Positions 58,205 through 64,000 of a stretch of 64,000 nucleotides of DNA are shown here, piece by piece. The stretch is from Eledone cirrhosa. Taxonomy: Eukaryota. The stretch covers positions 7,440,001 through 7,504,000 of the forward strand of contig OZ024743.1 of assembly GCA_964016885.1 (NCBI GenBank), written 5' to 3'. Numbering within the stretch: position 1 is the first letter of the stretch; every line of letters starts with the position of its first letter. The position numbers and the translations under genes were made by a program. The notes below the pieces were generated by a model. The model worked only from the letters and a program-made list of their open reading frames with translations, searched no databases and was not told the DNA's origin.

Positions 58205-58879
58205 CTGGAATCAACGAGAAATGAAATTGAAATTTGTTTTGAACATTCTTAGAAATAAATTATTTTTAACCTCTCCTCCTTATTATGTTGATAGGACTAT
58301 TATTTAACATGAAATAAAAGTATCTACCAAAAAAAAGTACATGTTTATAAATCATATTTTTAAGTATACCATCTATAACAAGTCAAACTTCATCAAATAG
58401 AAAGAAAATACAATAAAATACTAGGTTTATAAGCCTTAAAAGTAGATTGACAATCAGACGTACATTTTCTGTAGGTAAGCAGCATTTGTTTCGGAGTAAT
58501 TTACGATAGAATCGTTCCCTCTTCTTCTTCTATGTATGTATGTATGTATGTATGTATGTATGTATGTATGTATGTATGTATGTATGTATGTATGTATGTA
58601 TGTATGTGTGTATGTGTTTATGTGTGTATGTATGTATGTGTGTATGTGTTTATGTGTGTATGTATGTTCTTCTGGTTTTATAATTTCACAAATTTTTGCC
58701 AATATAGAGAACCGGTTTCTTACATAGATACAAGACTCTCTCATTGGAATTTACACAACATCAACTAGGTAGATATGTCTGTATGTCTGCATGCATGCAT
58801 GTGTAGGTATAGATCTTAATGTATGTGTGGATGTGGATGTTTTGAGTTATATTTGTGCATGTGTCTGTACAGTTATTAG

Positions 58880-59220
58880 ATGCAAAATTTTTGGAATGTT
58901 TTACATATTTTTACTGTTCCATTTAATGGATTGTACTTGTAATTTCCTAACTAGTTGTGTTCTTTCTGTTCCTGTGAAGCCTAGCTTCTCAAGATTTGTA
59001 TTGAGGCAGTTACTAACATCTCCAAGTGCGCCAATAATCACAGGCATAAATCGGAAGGTATAATCAGGATGGAGTATCTGCAGATTTCTCATAAGTTCTG
59101 CATAAATATTCTCCTTTTCACTAATCTTTGATATTATATTGGCATCTGCTGGGCAGCTAACTTCCACTACTGTGCACGCCTTCTTTTCCCTGTCCCATAT
59201 CTTTATATCTGGTCTCTTAT
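58880..59220 (-). mobile_element. RLE-type non-LTR retrotransposon 3' remnant
   Basis: RPDIKIWDREKKACTVVEVSCPADANI...EKENIYAEL...PVIIGALG endonuclease motifs; between (ATGT)n tracts. Confidence 0.75.
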
Positions 59221-59365
59221 GCCTGCATTTTATTGGGGTTTTTACCGGAACATTCCACTAGTACTCTTTCACATTATGTATATGTATGTCTTCCACATTG
59301 CTGTAGCTTTTAATGTGTTTTATTATCGGGGCTATCCTTTCTACGGATTGCATTGTACGTATTGC

Positions 59366-59396
<31 letters not shown>

Positions 59397-59964
59397 TGTA
59401 TGTATGTATGTATGTATGTATGTATGTATGTATGTATGTATGTATGTATGTATGTATGTATGTATGTATGTATGCATGTATGTTAGTTTAACGCTTGATA
59501 TAGTAGGCAAAGTGTCTTAACGTTTGGTGTCCATACCTATTTTTATTAAAGATTGCTAATATTAAGACGATGGCTTTATAACATTTCATATGCAGTTTCG
59601 TTCGTTTTAATCATAGTAGACCAAAATGTCAAAGTGCTTTGCTTTATTGTTTTGCTATTTCATTTATATTTCGATAGGATTAATACAATTATCGATATTT
59701 TGGAGATGTACTTTAAGAAACAGGGCATAATAACATCTAAACATAGAATACATGTAAAAATACAGATTTTACAATAAGGTGCTTACTAGAACACGAAAAC
59801 TACTCTAACTTCATGAAATCTAACAGTATTAAAAGGGACTGGAGGTAATTACTAGATGCTATTACTTAGAATGCAGTACACGCTGGTTCAAAGACCTCAT
59901 ATTTAAGAATTAACAACAACAACAACAACAACAATAATAATGATGATGATGATGGGGAAACAAT

Positions 59965-60235
59965 AAATCACATTATTAGTGAATATAAGAGGCTTGCTCA
60001 GAAAGAGTACAAGAGAAGGGTCGATAACATTGCTAGATTGGTTTATTGGAAGCTCTGTCATAAGTATCACATGAACAGAAGTGAGAAAAGGTATGAGAAC
60101 CTGAAAGGGTGGCTGAAAACAACCAGTATCAGATATTGTAGGACATGACCATCAAGTGCAACTATTTTATCATGCCTAGAAAACCTGACATTGCTGTTGT
60201 AGAAAAGAAGAATAAGATAAACTCTATCGATACAG
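59965..60235 (+). mobile_element. Degraded R4/Dong-like remnant
   Basis: HIISEYKRLAQKEYKRRVDNIARLVYWKLCHKY...RKPDIAVV. Confidence 0.6.
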
Positions 60236-60818
60236 AAGTATCGTTTGTCGGTCCTGACTGTTGTGTGCGCTAAACCATGAAACCTTTCTGCGCAGATAGA
60301 CCCATTCAGCATTTGAGTATTGCTGACGTGGCTTGTTTTCCAATTGCTGTTGGCATATGTAGGAGTATGGGTCTAGATATCAATTGAGTCTATCGTGATT
60401 TTTAGTGGCGAAGGACAGGGAGATTTAATCTGACAGACACGGCTGGAAGGACTGGGTACAGTAATATTCCTCTTCGGCTAAGCCCTCATTGACCTTTTCA
60501 AGGGAGGAAGGTGGTGGTAAAGATGCATGACTACCCGCCAACCAATCTATTGAAAAATCGGTGTGAGTGGTGAACAAAACCTGATCAAATGAGCTTAATC
60601 TCATCATCCGCCATTAGGACGGAGAATGACAGCCGGTGATCCTAGATCTGTGTTGCTCCTTGATTGAATCTTTTCCTTGATCAATCTTCTTCGATGGGGA
60701 TTCAATCACATATTTTTATACTATGTATATCCACTCCTGTTTCTAGTTATCCATCATTCGATTCAATGCACACTCCCATCGACGTTTATAACTTGTCTTT
60801 GTGATATCCCTTCATCCA

Positions 60819-60897
60819 TCTTCTTCTTCTTCTTCTTCTTCTTCTTCTTCTTCTTCTTCTTCTTCTTCTTCTTCTTCTTCTTCTTCTTCTTCTTCTA
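60819..60897. repeat. (TTC)n microsatellite
   Basis: Direct reading. Confidence 0.97.
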
Positions 60898-61326
60898 ATC
60901 ATTATCATCATTATCATCATCATCAGCTATATTTACAACAGTGATTATTAAAAAATAACTCACTAATATCACATGCAATAACAAACTTTCCAGATTTCAC
61001 TTGAAGAGTTATATTAAATTAAATGTCGATATTATAAACTACTTTTTTGCAACTGCAACAACGTTAAATGAAATTTACACGCATCAATTGTTTTTGCCAC
61101 GATTTATAATTCGTCCTCCTTTTCTTACTGTAACAAACTAAGAAATTGGTGGAGATATTTATGTCCTCGAGGACGCATCCTAATTTTGACAATAAAAAAA
61201 AAAAAAAAATAAATAAACAGCAACCTTTGGCCTCCAGGACGCATGGTAGATTTTTGAGACTTATTTTAGGAAAAAGGTCGGAAAATAATTATTCTAAACA
61301 GTTTCCAATTATTTGCCACCACTGTA

Positions 61327-61665
61327 TGTAGCTTGATCGAATGGTTAAGAAGTTCGCTTCGTAATTGCAAGGACCGGAGTTCGACCTCACTGCGTAGGAT
61401 CTGAGGCGTGTGTTTTCTTTTACCATAGCATTGAGTCGACTCAAACCATTGAGTAAAGTGAAATTACGTAGACGAGAATCTCGGTATGCTGCACAGTTTG
61501 TATCTGTAATTCAAAGCTCCATCCTTATTACACTGTGTCACGCTGAAGATAACGTTTAGTGTACATGTACGGTTAGAATACTCAGTCATTTACAAGCTAA
61601 TTCAATGAATAGGTAGTTCAATTGTTCGAACGAGTGAATACTCATCGTCGAAACCGATAGAGATC
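61327..61665 (+). mobile_element. SINE family 3 diverged copy
   Basis: Homologous to 44768-45112. Confidence 0.65.
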
Positions 61666-62518
61666 CATTTATTGTTTGTTTATTATGAAAATTCTCTTTC
61701 TCAAAAAATAAATATGAAAATTGTGTCTTAATAATGTTTACGATAACTGTTACATATTCGTCTGCACATCTGAAATCTCGTGCATGATAATACATTAGAG
61801 AGACATTTTAGTAGGAAAGAAAAGAATAAAATGAATCTCTTCGTATATTCTACATGGCTTCCAAATATTTGCTACCATTGAATGACAGAAGTGGGTTAAT
61901 AAGATGAAATTTGGTGGCATAAATATGTCGGGGGAAAAGAAGGCTAATGCTTGACAAAAAAGTATATTGAATAGGAGATTGAGCATTAGTCTGCATTCTT
62001 TTAAAGGCTGGTATGTAAGGTTGGGCAGATACATAGAAAAGCAGTGACTATAAGGAATTCTTGTATGTAAAACAATTGTTTGCAGTTTATATTGAAGAGG
62101 AGAATCGAAAACATCTTCATGCGAGGTTATTCTGGAAACCTATAACAAATCAGATATTTACTAATACTTTTCCGATTTTTTTTTTATTTGCGATAATTAA
62201 AAATCAATTACTGAGATTCAATTTCTTTTGACCAGAAATTCTAGACTTTCAAGAAAACAAAAATGTAATTTATAGGATCAGTTGCCTGTCTAGTCATCGA
62301 TTAGATAATGTGCTTTAGGAAACCAGTGCCTCATCACATTTCTCTATCGAATTTCATTCATTTCTAAGCATAAAACCGTAATGTAAGCTGAATGAATTAT
62401 TTAAATATCATTTCGTTTAATGTTTATTTATTTTAATATATTAGTACTTCATTAGTTAATTACCACCATGAAAACAGAAATCTAATTAGTACAGGGCTAT
62501 TTCATTATATATGTAGCA

Positions 62519-62677
<159 letters not shown>

Positions 62678-62802
62678 TTGTGAGTTTAATTCTCGGACCG
62701 GGTGATGTGTTGTTTCCTTGAGCAAGACACTTTATTTCACGTTGCTCCAGTTTACTCAGCTGTAGAAATAAGTACCGGCCTGCCTGCCCAGCCAGTGGGA
62801 CG

Positions 62803-63395
62803 GCGTTATCTTATGACTAAAACAGCACGAGGTGTTGTGACCAGCGGCGCCGATTGGCACCCAACAGACTGGTCGGTCAAGGTGATCAGGGTGATATATA
62901 TATCGTTTTGTGATATTTTGCAATTTTGCAATAATATACACATACTGAATTCATCCGCCAAAAATAAGGGTTGCCTCCCTTGTCGAGCCCCACGTGGGTA
63001 TTGGTAACGGTCAATCCTTGGCCTAGCACTTGAACTAAAAGCCTGATGAGAAAGTGACTTCCTTGTTCAATCATCTTACCAGAAGCCTAACATTATGTGT
63101 CTAAGCGGACAGTACTTGATTTAGGAGTCGCAGAAACCCAAATGCTGGATTTTTACCAACCATCCAGGGGTCCGGGTAAATTTTTCAATCACATTTTTTT
63201 ATTTGTTTGACCCGAATTACTTGGTCGTTTCTATGGTTATGCGGATGACGGTTTAACCATCGTCTCAGTGTGTTTGGCCTTTTAACGTATGTTGTAGCTC
63301 TGGTCCGTTAGAATTATTGAGCGCTTGCCACACATCTCGGAAGTTGTTTTTCGCTAATTTCCAAAGCCGAAATACGATTATCGCTAATTTATATT

Positions 63396-63459
<64 letters not shown>

Positions 63460-63548
63460 CTTGATCACCTTGACCGACCAATCTGTCGGGCGCCAATCGG
63501 CGCCGCTGGTCACAGTACGTCGTGTTGTTTTAGTCATAAGATAACGCC
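62803..63548. repeat. About 95-bp inverted repeat pair
   Basis: 62803-62900 matches the reverse complement of about 63450-63548. Confidence 0.85.
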
Positions 63549-63556
63549 ATCTAACG

Positions 63557-63618
<62 letters not shown>

Positions 63619-63619
63619 A

Positions 63620-63663
<44 letters not shown>

Positions 63664-63740
63664 AGTATATATATATATATAGTTATGTAATAAACAACAT
63701 AAGGCAATTATTCAATTTACCAGTGGTTTCTTAAAAGCAA

Positions 63741-63847
63741 AAGATTGAGAAATGACTCTTTCACAACAAATATGTGTGTGTGTGTGTGTGTAGTACACAC
63801 ACACACACACACACATATTTGTTGTGAAAGAGTCATTTCTCAATCTT
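63741..63847. repeat. Near-perfect palindrome centred on (TG)n/(CA)n
   Basis: AAGATTGAGAAATGACTCTTTCACAACAAATATG(TG)n tag ta(CA)nTATTTGTTGTGAAAGAGTCATTTCTCAATCTT. Confidence 0.93.
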
Positions 63848-64000
63848 GGCGCAAAACCAATTTTTTATTCACATGACCTCTACCGACCAATCAAAATTGT
63901 TTTGACCACAAGAATTGTTGCTGGAGCCACTTTTTTAACATAAAAACAGTCTTGGCGCAAAATCACTTTTTTACACTCACATGACCTCTACCGACCAATC

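Noticed and set aside
57879-58214. Full ORF as a standalone 111-aa CDS
   Set aside because: Wnt similarity is bounded by canonical splice sites at 58204 and 57912; ORF ends are intronic

Overview
AT-rich, repeat-dense animal genomic DNA; the SINE families and huge (TA)n/(CA)n/(ATGT)n tracts suggest a coleoid cephalopod, probably Octopus (inference). The only host coding sequence I can support is one 293-bp internal exon of a Wnt5-type gene (57912-58204, minus strand), so most of the window is probably intron. Most short ORFs in the track are microsatellite or antisense artefacts. Notable content: (1) a head-to-tail nest of Tx1-like LINE copies from about three subfamilies, each bounded by (CTAT)n, plus a separate copy in another (CTAT)n tract, suggesting microsatellite-specific targeting. 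(2) Several non-coding, (TA)n-embedded, inverted or tandem elements carrying minimal type I hammerhead ribozymes, including a 466-bp retrozyme-like multimer with a circularly permuted inverted copy. (3) A 31-bp satellite growing out of the arm of one such foldback, and a 45-bp minisatellite ending in a Helitron-like hairpin. (4) A Gly-to-Glu change (GAA) in the conserved Wnt WGGC motif that A-to-I editing could revert. SINEs, hAT MITEs and RTE, R4-like and Penelope remnants fill the rest. All calls are by eye; no searches or folding programs were run.
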